Both the position numbers and the translations under genes were made by a program. Shown here one piece after another: positions 1 to 9,039 of a stretch of 40,959 nucleotides of DNA (its first letter is position 1; every line of letters begins with the position of its first letter). The DNA comes from Ignavibacteria bacterium (GTDB lineage: Bacteria; Bacteroidota; Ignavibacteria; UBA10030; UBA6906), in contig JAOUDE010000001.1 of the NCBI GenBank assembly GCA_029859455.1, forward strand, positions 1-40,959, given 5' to 3'. Under the pieces are notes generated by a model, which was not told the DNA's origin, searched no databases, and saw only the letters and a list, made by a program, of their open reading frames with translations.

Positions 1-921
1 TTGAATGCAAAAGGCTTCCAGTTTATGGATGGCCGGACCCGTGGCCTTGAGCAGCAGTCAAAAAAGCCGATCACATCACGCGTTGAAATGCGTGGTGATG
101 CTTATGGGCTCGATGATGCCGCGGCGGGTGATGCCGCGCTTGACAGTGTCATCAACAGGCTTCGCGCTATTCCGGAGTATGTGACGCGATTCCAGGCGGC
201 GTTTCCGGCTGACGTTGCTTCGAAGCCGGGTGCTCTGATTATTGACACTCTCAATTACGGACGGGCGATTGCTGCGTTCGAGCGGGAAATCCAGGCACGC
301 AATACGCCGTACGACCGCTTTGTGATGGGAGATGCAAATGCGCTGAACACAACGGAAAAAGAAGGGTTGATCCTCTTCTTTGAAAAAGCCCAGTGTGCCC
401 AGTGCCACAATGGTCCTCAGTTCAGCGACTTCACGTTTGTTGTCCAGGGTGTTCCGCAGGAGGGTAACGGAAAGGGAGTCATCCCTGGTGACGATACAGG
501 ACGCAGAGAGCACACAAAGAACATTGCTGACAATTACGCGTTCAGGACTCTCGGTCTGCGGAATATTGTCCAGACTGCACCTTATATGCATGCAGGAAAC
601 TTCGAGACGCTGGAAGAAGTTGTCCGGTTCTATAACGACGGGTGCCAGCCGCGACACGCCCCTGTCACCGATGCGATGCTCGACGCCAGGCTTCATGTCA
701 ACGATGATGTGACACAGCCGGTTGAAACGCTCGGTCTGACCGACGACGAGATCAACAAGGTTGTCGCCTTCATGAAGGCTCTGACCGATAACGGATCAAC
801 ACTCACACCGTTCCTGATGACGACACCACAGGTAGTCCCGAGCGGACTCACCCCGGTGTTCGGTCTGAACGCGGGTGGTTCGGGAAAGCCTGCAACCGAA
901 ACAACATACAACCAGAAGTAA
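1..921 (+). CDS. Di-haem cytochrome c peroxidase / MauG-family protein, C-terminal part (5' end lies outside the window)
   Basis: The frame is open from base 1. It has a CAQCH haem-c binding motif and the family-typical APYMHAG..ETLEEVVRFYN segment. The TAA stop at 919-921 is followed by a hairpin terminator. Confidence 0.85.
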   Translation: MNAKGFQFMDGRTRGLEQQSKKPITSRVEMRGDAYGLDDAAAGDAALDSVINRLRAIPEYVTRFQAAFPADVASKPGALIIDTLNYGRAIAAFEREIQARNTPYDRFVMGDANALNTTEKEGLILFFEKAQCAQCHNGPQFSDFTFVVQGVPQEGNGKGVIPGDDTGRREHTKNIADNYAFRTLGLRNIVQTAPYMHAGNFETLEEVVRFYNDGCQPRHAPVTDAMLDARLHVNDDVTQPVETLGLTDDEINKVVAFMKALTDNGSTLTPFLMTTPQVVPSGLTPVFGLNAGGSGKPATETTYNQK

Positions 922-946
922 CATCAGGGGCATCCCTGAAACGAGA

Positions 947-978
947 ACGCCGGAGAATACTCTCCGGCGTTTTTTTTT
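947..978. terminator. Rho-independent terminator between convergent genes
   Basis: Perfect 10-bp stem ACGCCGGAGA(947-956)/TCTCCGGCGT(961-970) with loop ATAC, followed by T8 on the plus strand. On the minus strand the trailing sequence is only weakly T-rich, so it mainly serves the peroxidase gene. Confidence 0.8.
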
Positions 979-993
979 GTACCAGGGCGCGGC

Positions 994-1737
994 TCAGCCC
1001 CGGCCCCGTTCCAGGGCAGAAACAAGGGCAGGAAGTGCGGCCGCAGAACTCTCTCTGACTACTTCATCCATCCAGTCTGAGAGCTCGGTAGGTTCCGGAT
1101 TGATCTCCACCGTGTATGCTCCCCGCTGTTTCCCTCTGACAGGCAGACCCGCTGCCGGATACACAACACCTGACGTACCAATGGAAAGGACGACGTCTGC
1201 AGACTCGATCGCCCGCTCTGCACCCTCCCACTGGTCCTCCGGCAACATCTCTCCAAACCAGACGACGTCCGGCCGAACCAGCCCTGAACACTCGTTGCAT
1301 TCCGGGGTCCCGGAAGAAGGGATAGGGCGCTCCTCCTCCTGAGGCGCCCCGCAGTCGATACAATAGTTTCTTTCGATGTTGCCGTGGAGCTCGAAGATCG
1401 TGGAACTTCCTGCCCTTCGATGGAGATTATCGATATTTTGCGTCACGATGGTGAACGAGGGAAGGAGGGACTCCATCCGGGCAAGCGCGTAATGCCCCGG
1501 GTTCGGCTCTACTTCACGAATGATCTTCTTCCTTGCGGCATACCATTCCCAGACGAGAGCGGGATTCCTGAGGAATGCCTCCATACTCGCGAGTTCCTCC
1601 GGCCTGAACTTCTTCCAGATCCCCTGATGACCCCGGAATGTCGGCACACCGCTTTCGGCAGACATCCCTGCTCCCGTAAAGGCGACAACCCGCCTGGCAC
1701 TCAGAAGAGCATCGCGCAGTCGCTGAGAAATCTTCAT
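994..1737 (-). CDS. cobB: NAD-dependent protein deacylase (Sir2/CobB family sirtuin)
   Basis: GAGMSAESGVPTFRG NAD-binding motif, QNIDNLH, catalytic ELHGN, and Zn-ribbon cysteines CIDC...CNEC. I prefer the ATG at 1737 (MKISQRL...) over the ORF-track start at 1863, because that start would overlap the upstream acylase gene by 77 nt. Confidence 0.9.
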   Translation of the reverse strand: MKISQRLRDALLSARRVVAFTGAGMSAESGVPTFRGHQGIWKKFRPEELASMEAFLRNPALVWEWYAARKKIIREVEPNPGHYALARMESLLPSFTIVTQNIDNLHRRAGSSTIFELHGNIERNYCIDCGAPQEEERPIPSSGTPECNECSGLVRPDVVWFGEMLPEDQWEGAERAIESADVVLSIGTSGVVYPAAGLPVRGKQRGAYTVEINPEPTELSDWMDEVVRESSAAALPALVSALERGRG

Positions 1738-1786
1738 GTGGCCGAGTTCGGTGTGGGAGAATGGTTGATTATCAAGGGCCAGGGTG

Positions 1787-4204
1787 TCAGTGCGGAGTGA
1801 GGACCAGCGTTTCACCGCCGCGGCCGGCTGAGCCACCGTGTCGAAAGGTCCGGTACGCGCCATTGACCCAGAGCGGCGTTTGATCGCTGTAGTTGGGGTG
1901 AAACGCCTGGCCCGATTGCCCGGACGGAAGAACCACTCTCAAGTCTTCGGGGACGGCGAAGTCATAAACCATTCTGAACGAGCCGGCAACTGTCACCGCG
2001 AACGGTTCATTGAAGCTGTATTCAGCGCTCATGAGTGTGGTCGGCCCACCTCCCAGAGGAAACGGGCCGACGTTGAAGACACTCTGAAGAGGGGAAACCA
2101 GTCCGAACGGGTGTTTCAGTGTCAGTTCGTGCATCGCTCCCCATCGCCAGAACCGTGTATCGGGACCGAAGCGCTCTGTCAGCAGAGAAACCGCTTCCGC
2201 AAGACTGCGACAGAGGATCTCCTTCCGGTTTTCAACCTCAGGAGTCCCCGTATCATCAAACCAGGGAGAACGCCCTGATTCCACGAGGGCCTGCGTGACG
2301 CGGATTGGTATATTACCCAGCATCACGAAATCGTGAAGGAGGTCGGGTCCGAGCTCATCCCCGTACAGGTTCGTCAGAAGCCGGACGAAGGTCTGCTGAA
2401 ACAGTGCAGTCGCCCTGTCTTCCTGAGAGAACGTGAAATCCCAGTTCCGGAAGTACCCCCTGATTCTTTCCTCGTCAGGGAAGCCGAGCAGGGTGTCCTC
2501 CCACGCTTCAAGAAAATAGGGAACGAGTTCCCGCGCATGATGGGAAAACATGTCATTCTGCATCAGTTCGAAATCATGCACCGAAAAGAGTATCTGCTCG
2601 CTCAGCAATTCACGGAGTCTCTGAATGCGCGCGGGAGGCTCCCAGAGATCAGAAATATGGTAGGGAAAACTCCTGTCAGCGATTCGATTGTTCGCGGTCG
2701 CCACAAATCCCTCCGGCGGATTGAACAGACGGGGCATCCGGCGAGCCGGTACATATCCTCTCCAATCCGCGGAGGACGTCCATCCCGGAAGCGGAAGGAG
2801 ACTGTTTCCTTTTCCGCGGATCGGGATCAATCCTCCCGAGGCGTAGCCGATATTTCCCTCCATGTCGCCATACACAAAGTTCTGGCCGGGTCCCGGAAAC
2901 GCTTCCACCCCCTCAAGAAACTCCGCCCAGTTCGAAGCATTGTTGATCCGGTGGAACGCCTCCACGCGGTCAGCCGGCTCGTAGCCCGTCCACCTCATCG
3001 CGGCCACGAATGGCAGATCCGAGCGCCGCAGGGGATATACGATATCCGACACGATCGGACCGTGGTGAGTCGAGCGAATCGTGACCGGAACCGGATCCGC
3101 CCCATCGACCAGAATCTCTTCCGTTCGCTGTTCCATTGATCGCAGGGCGCCATCGTGCCAGTACCTCGTCGAGTCGGCCGTGTCGACCCGGACGATGTAG
3201 AAATCAGACTCATCAGCCATCATGTTCGTGACTCCCCACGCAATGCGGCCGTTCTGTCCGGAGACAATACCGGGTGTACCGGGAATACTCATGCCGCCGG
3301 ATTGATGTCCGGGAATCCTCAGGTGCATTTCATGCCATTTCGACGGCAACTGGAGATGGAGATGTGTGTCGTTCGCAAGTATAACATGTCCTGAAGCCGA
3401 TTTGCCCGGAGCAATCACCCACGCATTGCTCCCTCCGCCGATCCCGCCATAGCCGCGGAACCGACGGTACTCATTGCTGAGAGCAAGCAATGCCCGCCCC
3501 GCATCACCGGATCTTCCGTCAACGATTGGTTTGATCCGTTCCGGATATCCGGGCAGGATGTGAGACGCACGGACCGAGTCGACCGTCCCGGCAATTGTAC
3601 CAAATGTGAGATCGGTCCACCACGAGAGGTTCAGCTCCCAGGCCATCATCTGGGCAACGATGAGAGAGTGGGTCACCGTCCATCTCTCCGGTTCGTACTG
3701 AAGAAAATCAAACTCGAGAGGGAGCTTTCCCGCCTGGGTCTGAATACAGAGATTCACGCCTTCCGCGTACCACTCGAGCCTCTGTCGCGAACTTGGGCTG
3801 AGAACGCGTTCCACCTGCTCAGCCGCACGCCGTATTCCCACGATGCGGAACATCCTGTCGTACGGAACGGTCACTTCGCCGAACACCTCAGACAGTCGTC
3901 CCTCTCCCGCCCGGCGACTGATATCCATTTGCCACAACCGGTCCTGCGCGTGGACGAAGCCGGTTGCAACCAGGAGATCATGTTCACTCGATGCAGTGAT
4001 GAGTGGGACGCCAAACTGATCACGGTCAACCGTAACGGAGGAATCAAGCGAGGGGAGAACGAGAGTTCCGGAGGTTTCCGGGAAGGATTTTGTGACCTGG
4101 TACCGAAAGAAGAGGAATGCCCCGATGCACACAACGAGGACAAGCCCCGCGGCACCGGCGAAGAGCCCTGCACGTCTGGTCAACACGCCTCCGGAATGAG
4201 TCAA
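1787..4204 (-). CDS. Penicillin acylase family protein (Ntn hydrolase; penicillin amidase or acyl-homoserine-lactone acylase type)
   Basis: 805 aa with an N-terminal hydrophobic anchor. The GGG|SNAW autoprocessing site has the nucleophile Ser at residue 259 (codon 3428-3430), followed by ILANDTHL. The track start is a TTG at 4202-4204. A GGAGG at about 4189-4193 suggests the true start could be a few codons downstream. Confidence 0.9.
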   Translation of the reverse strand: MTHSGGVLTRRAGLFAGAAGLVLVVCIGAFLFFRYQVTKSFPETSGTLVLPSLDSSVTVDRDQFGVPLITASSEHDLLVATGFVHAQDRLWQMDISRRAGEGRLSEVFGEVTVPYDRMFRIVGIRRAAEQVERVLSPSSRQRLEWYAEGVNLCIQTQAGKLPLEFDFLQYEPERWTVTHSLIVAQMMAWELNLSWWTDLTFGTIAGTVDSVRASHILPGYPERIKPIVDGRSGDAGRALLALSNEYRRFRGYGGIGGGSNAWVIAPGKSASGHVILANDTHLHLQLPSKWHEMHLRIPGHQSGGMSIPGTPGIVSGQNGRIAWGVTNMMADESDFYIVRVDTADSTRYWHDGALRSMEQRTEEILVDGADPVPVTIRSTHHGPIVSDIVYPLRRSDLPFVAAMRWTGYEPADRVEAFHRINNASNWAEFLEGVEAFPGPGQNFVYGDMEGNIGYASGGLIPIRGKGNSLLPLPGWTSSADWRGYVPARRMPRLFNPPEGFVATANNRIADRSFPYHISDLWEPPARIQRLRELLSEQILFSVHDFELMQNDMFSHHARELVPYFLEAWEDTLLGFPDEERIRGYFRNWDFTFSQEDRATALFQQTFVRLLTNLYGDELGPDLLHDFVMLGNIPIRVTQALVESGRSPWFDDTGTPEVENRKEILCRSLAEAVSLLTERFGPDTRFWRWGAMHELTLKHPFGLVSPLQSVFNVGPFPLGGGPTTLMSAEYSFNEPFAVTVAGSFRMVYDFAVPEDLRVVLPSGQSGQAFHPNYSDQTPLWVNGAYRTFRHGGSAGRGGETLVLTPH

Positions 4205-4222
4205 TCAGGAAAGAACACGGAC

Positions 4223-4251
4223 AATATATTCATCCGTTGATCCTGTTTCAA
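4223..4251 (-). promoter_or_regulatory. Putative sigma70-type promoter for the acylase-cobB unit
   Basis: On the minus strand: TTGAAA (4251-4246), a 17-nt spacer, then TATATT (4228-4223). It lies about 19 nt upstream of the acylase start, in the 89-bp gap after the FadL-like gene. Confidence 0.4.
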
Positions 4252-4293
4252 GCCGCCGGGGTGACTGGATTCTTTGCGGGGGATGAGGAAAGT

Positions 4294-5742
4294 CTAGAAA
4301 CGGACGGAGAATGTCGCCATAACGTTGTGAGTCTGGATGTCTTCATCGACACGGGACGTTGCGTCGAAGTTTATGCGGTCGGTCTTCCACCACCCGTAGG
4401 CGTAGGCCAGATCAATCATGGCAAAACCTCCCAGCGGAATACCAAGGCCGGCTGTCAGGTACTTCTGGTCGTACTCGAAGGCCGCTTCTTCCGACAGACC
4501 ATCCTGCCGGTAGGGGGACTGGTTATAGATGGCCCCGGCACGGAAGCGTAGGCCAAGTCCGAGGGGGTTCCATTCAGCACCAAGACGAACATTGGCAGCC
4601 GGCCTGAAAATCTCCTTGATATCCGCGTTCTTTGACATGACTTCTCTTGTGGCATCCTCGAATCTCAACTGGGTCCAATCGGTATACTCGATGTCACCCG
4701 AGAACACGAAGTTCAGGATCATGATGGATACTCCGCCGCTGAAGACCCAGGGGGAGACCACCCTGTACTCGCCGAAACCGATCGACTCGTATGACCCTTC
4801 GACCGGGAGAATATCACCGTTGTCGAAATAGCTGTCTGCCAGCTGCCCGAATTCCTCCTTTATGGAGTACGATGTCGGCGTACGGACAGAAAGCCCGAAC
4901 CTCATGAACCCCGGGACCCTCGCCATCATTCCAAGGTGCGCGTTGAACCCGCTGATGTCGCTCCTTATGTATTCATCCACAACAAGCTCTTCCATATCGA
5001 ACGGAAACTCCGACCAGAGGTTCTGATCATCGGTTTCCGTGTAGGTGCGGTCGTAGGAATAGGTCCCGGTCAGAAATGTCAGGGTCGCACCAATGGAGAC
5101 GTTCTCGGCGACGTCTACGCCGCCTCCGACCGACCAGTTGTCAAGGCCTCCTCCTTCGAGGACTCTGCCCGACTGTGTGAGATTACCATTGATTGGTGAG
5201 ACGAACAGGCCGGTTGTGGTATCAGCAGTCGCAAGTCCCAGCTCCTCCGCGATCGTGAGATCCGGTGGATATGGTTGCCCGTCCGGAGCCCATGTCTGAA
5301 TCAGACTGCCGACAGGATTGAAACCGGAGAAAGAGAGACCGGTTGTGAAGCTGCTGTGGCGCGAATAACCGATCGCCACCGAGAGATTTCCACGCCGGGT
5401 CGGTACAGCATACACGAGGCCGAGGGAATTCAGGCTTGTTCCGTTATTGGAGTACCATGTCGTCGACCCGAAGTAATCCCCGGAATTCTGATAGTTCAGA
5501 TGTGAGAGCCCGAATTGAAACTCACTGTACTGCATCTGCGCAAGTCCCGCCGGATTCCAGTACAGTGCGGAAAAGTCGCTGGCAACACCTGTATACGCGT
5601 TCCCCATTCCGAGGGAGCGCGCTCCCACACCGGTCCCGAGCGTCGAGAACCGCAGTGCATCCTCAGGAAACTGCGCCGAAGCAGTGCCGGGAGCAATCGC
5701 AGCAACGAGAGCCGCGCACACTATGATTGTTGCCGGTCTCAC
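4294..5742 (-). CDS. Outer-membrane beta-barrel protein, FadL/OMPP1/PorV-like
   Basis: Signal peptide ending in ASAQ. The N-terminal motif GARSLGMGNAYTGVASDFSALYWNPAGLA is typical of FadL/TodX/PorV-type barrels. Sequence shows an alternating beta-strand pattern and a C-terminal ...FSVRF with terminal Phe. Confidence 0.7.
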   Translation of the reverse strand: MRPATIIVCAALVAAIAPGTASAQFPEDALRFSTLGTGVGARSLGMGNAYTGVASDFSALYWNPAGLAQMQYSEFQFGLSHLNYQNSGDYFGSTTWYSNNGTSLNSLGLVYAVPTRRGNLSVAIGYSRHSSFTTGLSFSGFNPVGSLIQTWAPDGQPYPPDLTIAEELGLATADTTTGLFVSPINGNLTQSGRVLEGGGLDNWSVGGGVDVAENVSIGATLTFLTGTYSYDRTYTETDDQNLWSEFPFDMEELVVDEYIRSDISGFNAHLGMMARVPGFMRFGLSVRTPTSYSIKEEFGQLADSYFDNGDILPVEGSYESIGFGEYRVVSPWVFSGGVSIMILNFVFSGDIEYTDWTQLRFEDATREVMSKNADIKEIFRPAANVRLGAEWNPLGLGLRFRAGAIYNQSPYRQDGLSEEAAFEYDQKYLTAGLGIPLGGFAMIDLAYAYGWWKTDRINFDATSRVDEDIQTHNVMATFSVRF

Positions 5743-5745
5743 AGC

Positions 5746-6579
5746 TTACCTTCGTCCGCCGCTTCTCTGACCGCCGCTGCTTCTGGCCTGGCTCTGGTTT
5801 CCCCCCGGTGATGACGGCGCAGGGGTTGACCTGGGGGGCGTGGAAACCGATCCGCGACGCGTCCCCTGCGGAGTCGCATTCCCGCTCCTTGTCGAAGGCG
5901 GGGGCGGTGTCGACACCGTACCTCTGCTTGGAGGGGTGCGTCGCTTCGTCACCTGCCTCTTCGGTGTTTCAGGGGTCCCTCCGGGATTGGCTGCCACCGT
6001 ACCTGTGCGCCGGGGGGGGAGCTGACGGGATACAGTCGCGATCCGTTCATCACTCCCGCCGGATGGATTCGTCCTCGGGGCAATGCCGGATCCGCCGCGT
6101 GTTCGTCTTGTTCCATCAGTGAAACCGCGGGTCCTGCCAAAATCTCTTGTGTCGGAGGCATACGGTGTTCCACCTCCCGGGTATGACCCTCCGGGATAGT
6201 AGTGACCGTAGTAAGGAGTGGGATAGTATACCGGCGCATAGGGCCAGCAGGCATACACCGGCGGTGATACACACCAGCCGTATCCCGGGTAATAGGGAGC
6301 GCACCAACCCGGATAATAGGAGTAGTACCAGGGATCATACCATCCGAACCCGATCGCTACACCAGGCTGGTAATATGTGAATGTCGCATAATAATTGGAT
6401 GACGGATAATCGCGGTCGAATTCTTCTGCGGGAAACTCCTCCTGAATCTCCTCCTCGACAATCCCCGTGTCGTCGTACGCATCCTCCATCGATCCGAGTT
6501 GCGTGTAGCAACCTCCGATCGGCAGGAGCAGAAACGGTACTGCCGCAAATAATGGAGCAAGTCGTCGTTGAGTTTTCAT
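5746..6579 (-). CDS. Predicted lipoprotein with a Tyr/Pro/Trp-rich core and an Arg/Ser/Thr/Pro/Gly-rich disordered tail
   Basis: Signal peptide with lipobox LPIGG-C (Cys24), then an acidic linker, then an aromatic-proline block (WYDPWYYSYYPGWCAPYYPGYGWC...YYPTPYYGHYYPGG), then a basic low-complexity C-terminal half. Its stop lies 3 nt from the start of the FadL-like gene. Confidence 0.6.
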   Translation of the reverse strand: MKTQRRLAPLFAAVPFLLLPIGGCYTQLGSMEDAYDDTGIVEEEIQEEFPAEEFDRDYPSSNYYATFTYYQPGVAIGFGWYDPWYYSYYPGWCAPYYPGYGWCVSPPVYACWPYAPVYYPTPYYGHYYPGGSYPGGGTPYASDTRDFGRTRGFTDGTRRTRGGSGIAPRTNPSGGSDERIATVSRQLPPRRTGTVAANPGGTPETPKRQVTKRRTPPSRGTVSTPPPPSTRSGNATPQGTRRGSVSTPPRSTPAPSSPGGNQSQARSSGGQRSGGRR

Positions 6580-6782
6580 ATCCGAACCTTCAGTTTTCGG
6601 GGGAGGATTGGACTACCTGAGAATGAACCGGCACCAAAGAAAATGCAAGATTGGTGCCAGATGAAGGGGCTTGGAAAACTGCCTGTTTCGTGTCAAAACG
6701 GGCGATCTCAGATACAGAGAGAATGAAACTTGTCTATGAATGTGGACACCCGGCTTCTGCGCTGTTCACAGGGCAGAACAGG

Positions 6783-7565
6783 CTAGAGAGGGCTTTGAAA
6801 CTCGATTTTGACCGAGCGGTTGCCGATCGAGACCTTCCCCCCGTTTCTTGTAAGATCCTTGAGGTCGAATCCCAGCGTGAAACCTCCTCCGACGGACCAG
6901 CGAAGGCCGAGATTCATATACCCGCGGTCCCTCGATGTGGGGCCTCCTCCACTGTTGTACTCAACCAGGGCGGAGATCACAGACCCGATCGTCTTCTCTG
7001 CCCCGAGAAAAAAATCTACGGTACGGTCATCGGCCGGTTGATCGAGGCTGTAGTTCAACCCTCCATGGACAGAAAGGAATCCGGCAAATCCGAAGTTCTT
7101 ACTGGCCGCAAGGAAGAACCCTTTCGACAAGATCGTATACTCATCGAGATCGTCGAGATAGCTTTCCTTTCCCTGTGAATCGAAGCCCAGGACAAGCGCG
7201 GGGAATGAAAGTCCTTCCTCAAACGGCCTGACCCTCACATTGAAGCCAGGTGCGGGATTGAACACCGCGGTTTCGTTCCCGATCAGTCCTGAGCCTCCGT
7301 AGCTGATACCGATACTGAGCCGGTTGAGTACCCCGAAACTCACCCCCGCCAGGACTCCTCCATCCTGGAAAAAATCGAGATCCATGGCGAGCGTTCCGCC
7401 CGAAAGCATTCCAGCGGTCGGCGCATCAACAAGAAACCTCGGCTCGGCGCCGCCACCGGTGCCGCCGGAGCCCTGCGCGCGGGCCATGACCGGGTTCAGG
7501 ATCAGGACACAAACGGCGCACACCGCCACCAGGGCGTGAACGGAACTGCGGATCAGGGAGATCAT
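6783..7565 (-). CDS. Hypothetical secreted protein, probable outer-membrane beta-barrel
   Basis: Preferred start is MISLIRSS... at 7565, which gives a signal peptide ending ARAQG. The track start at 7655 would overlap cysS. The body is Gly-rich with alternating hydrophobic residues. No named family recognised. Confidence 0.55.
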   Translation of the reverse strand: MISLIRSSVHALVAVCAVCVLILNPVMARAQGSGGTGGGAEPRFLVDAPTAGMLSGGTLAMDLDFFQDGGVLAGVSFGVLNRLSIGISYGGSGLIGNETAVFNPAPGFNVRVRPFEEGLSFPALVLGFDSQGKESYLDDLDEYTILSKGFFLAASKNFGFAGFLSVHGGLNYSLDQPADDRTVDFFLGAEKTIGSVISALVEYNSGGGPTSRDRGYMNLGLRWSVGGGFTLGFDLKDLTRNGGKVSIGNRSVKIEFQSPL

Positions 7566-7581
7566 GCCGATTCCCGGTGTG

Positions 7582-9039
7582 CTACCCTTCCGGATCCGTG
7601 CTTTGCATCCTTCTCCATGAAGTCCCCTCCTTCTTGTCCTCAATGACCACACCAACCTTCACCAGCTCATCCCTCAGTTTGTCCGACAGCGCCCATTGTT
7701 TGTTCGCGCGGAGGTCAGCCCGGATCCTGAGCAGCACCTCCATGAGACCGGACTCGAGACTTTCTCCTCTCCTCTCATCTTCAAAATGCAACCCGAGAAT
7801 ATTCCCGGCCAGATCGGAAAACACGTTCAGTACATGGTTCATTGCGGCACGGGACATCTTCCCTTCGGCGATCAGGGCATTCACTTCGCGTGATAGATCG
7901 AACAGCACGGCAATCGCCTGTGGTGTGTTGATATCATCATCCATCGCCTCAAGAAACATCGCACGGTACTTCGCCGCATCGACTCCCCCCTCCCGGCCCT
8001 CACCACTTCCCGATTGCACGCCCTCTCTGAGAGCCCGAACGGTATTGGTGAGGCGGCTGAGACCTGTGCCGGCCGCTTCGAGAGCTTCACCGCTGAAATC
8101 CAGTGTACTCCGGTAGTGACTCTGCAGGATGAAGAACCGTACCACATCGGGACGCCATTTCCGGAATGCATCTTTCAGCGTCGTAAAATTGCCGAGGGAT
8201 TTCCCCATTTTCCGCCCATCGACCGTCACCATGTTGTTGTGCAGCCAGTATCGTACGAACGGCTTCCCCGACCATCCTTCACTCTGAGCTATCTCACACT
8301 CGTGATGGGGAAACTGGTTCTCCAGACCGCCGCCATGAATGTCGAATCCTTCTCCCAGATACTTCATAGACATCGCGGAGCATTCGATATGCCAGCCCGG
8401 AAAACCAACGCCCCACGGAGAAGGCCACTGCATGATATGCTCCGGTTCAGCTTTTTTCCAGAGAGCGAAATCGGCAGGATGGCGTTTCTCCGATTTTACC
8501 TCAACCCTGGTCCCCGCTTCCATTTCCTCGACCTTTCGTCCGGAAAGCTGTCCATACCTCGGAAATTTCCTGACGTCGAAATACACCGAACCGCCGGCTT
8601 CATAAGCGATTCCTTTGTCGACCAGACCCCGGATCATCTCGATCTGCTCGGGAATATGCCCCGAGGCCCTGGGAGAAATATCGGGACGGCCGACGCGAAG
8701 AGCATCCATATCCTCGAAGTAGCTGCGGGTATATTCCTCAGCGATCTCCATCGGGTGCTTCTGCTCCACCCTGCTCTGCATCAGAATCCGGTCCTCTCCC
8801 TCGTTCGTCTCACCCAGGAGGTGGCCGACGTCGGTGATGTTCTGCACATAGTGTACGTCATGGCCGAGGAAGCGAAGATAGCGCACAAGAACATCGAACG
8901 AGACATAGCTCTTTGCGTGCCCGAGATGAGAATGGCCGTAGACGGTCGGACCGCAGACATACACTCCCACACGTCCCTTCCGCAGCGGACTGAAGGCTTC
9001 TTTCTTTCTTGTGAGGGTGTTGTACAATGCTAACGGCAT
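7582..9039 (-). CDS. cysS: Cysteine--tRNA ligase
   Basis: HIGH-type motif (GPTVYGHSHLGHA) and KMSKS-type motif (KMGKSLGN). Preferred start is MPLALYNTLTRKKE at 9039; the 74-codon upstream extension in the track overlaps the preceding gene. ATGA start/stop overlap with the upstream gene. Confidence 0.95.
   Translation of the reverse strand: MPLALYNTLTRKKEAFSPLRKGRVGVYVCGPTVYGHSHLGHAKSYVSFDVLVRYLRFLGHDVHYVQNITDVGHLLGETNEGEDRILMQSRVEQKHPMEIAEEYTRSYFEDMDALRVGRPDISPRASGHIPEQIEMIRGLVDKGIAYEAGGSVYFDVRKFPRYGQLSGRKVEEMEAGTRVEVKSEKRHPADFALWKKAEPEHIMQWPSPWGVGFPGWHIECSAMSMKYLGEGFDIHGGGLENQFPHHECEIAQSEGWSGKPFVRYWLHNNMVTVDGRKMGKSLGNFTTLKDAFRKWRPDVVRFFILQSHYRSTLDFSGEALEAAGTGLSRLTNTVRALREGVQSGSGEGREGGVDAAKYRAMFLEAMDDDINTPQAIAVLFDLSREVNALIAEGKMSRAAMNHVLNVFSDLAGNILGLHFEDERRGESLESGLMEVLLRIRADLRANKQWALSDKLRDELVKVGVVIEDKKEGTSWRRMQSTDPEG

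Noticed and set aside
5727-6338. Alternative-frame ORFs (5727-6122 +, 5840-6025 +, 5949-6338 -) overlapping the low-complexity lipoprotein gene.
   Set aside because: None has a signal peptide, an RBS or tight coupling to a neighbour. The 5746-6579 frame has a lipobox and ends 3 nt from the next gene. The low-complexity GC-rich sequence keeps several frames open by chance.
8014-9033. A 339-aa plus-strand ORF antisense to cysS. Similar long antisense ORFs occur at 2333-3139, 9930-10811, 16537-17376, 17514-18278, 27807-28568, 31442-32314 and 37458-38252.
   Set aside because: Each lies entirely opposite a confidently identified housekeeping gene (acylase, Rieske fusion/recN, ffh, atpG, ABC-F, phosphohexomutase, murA). 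None carries a recognisable domain, signal peptide or RBS.
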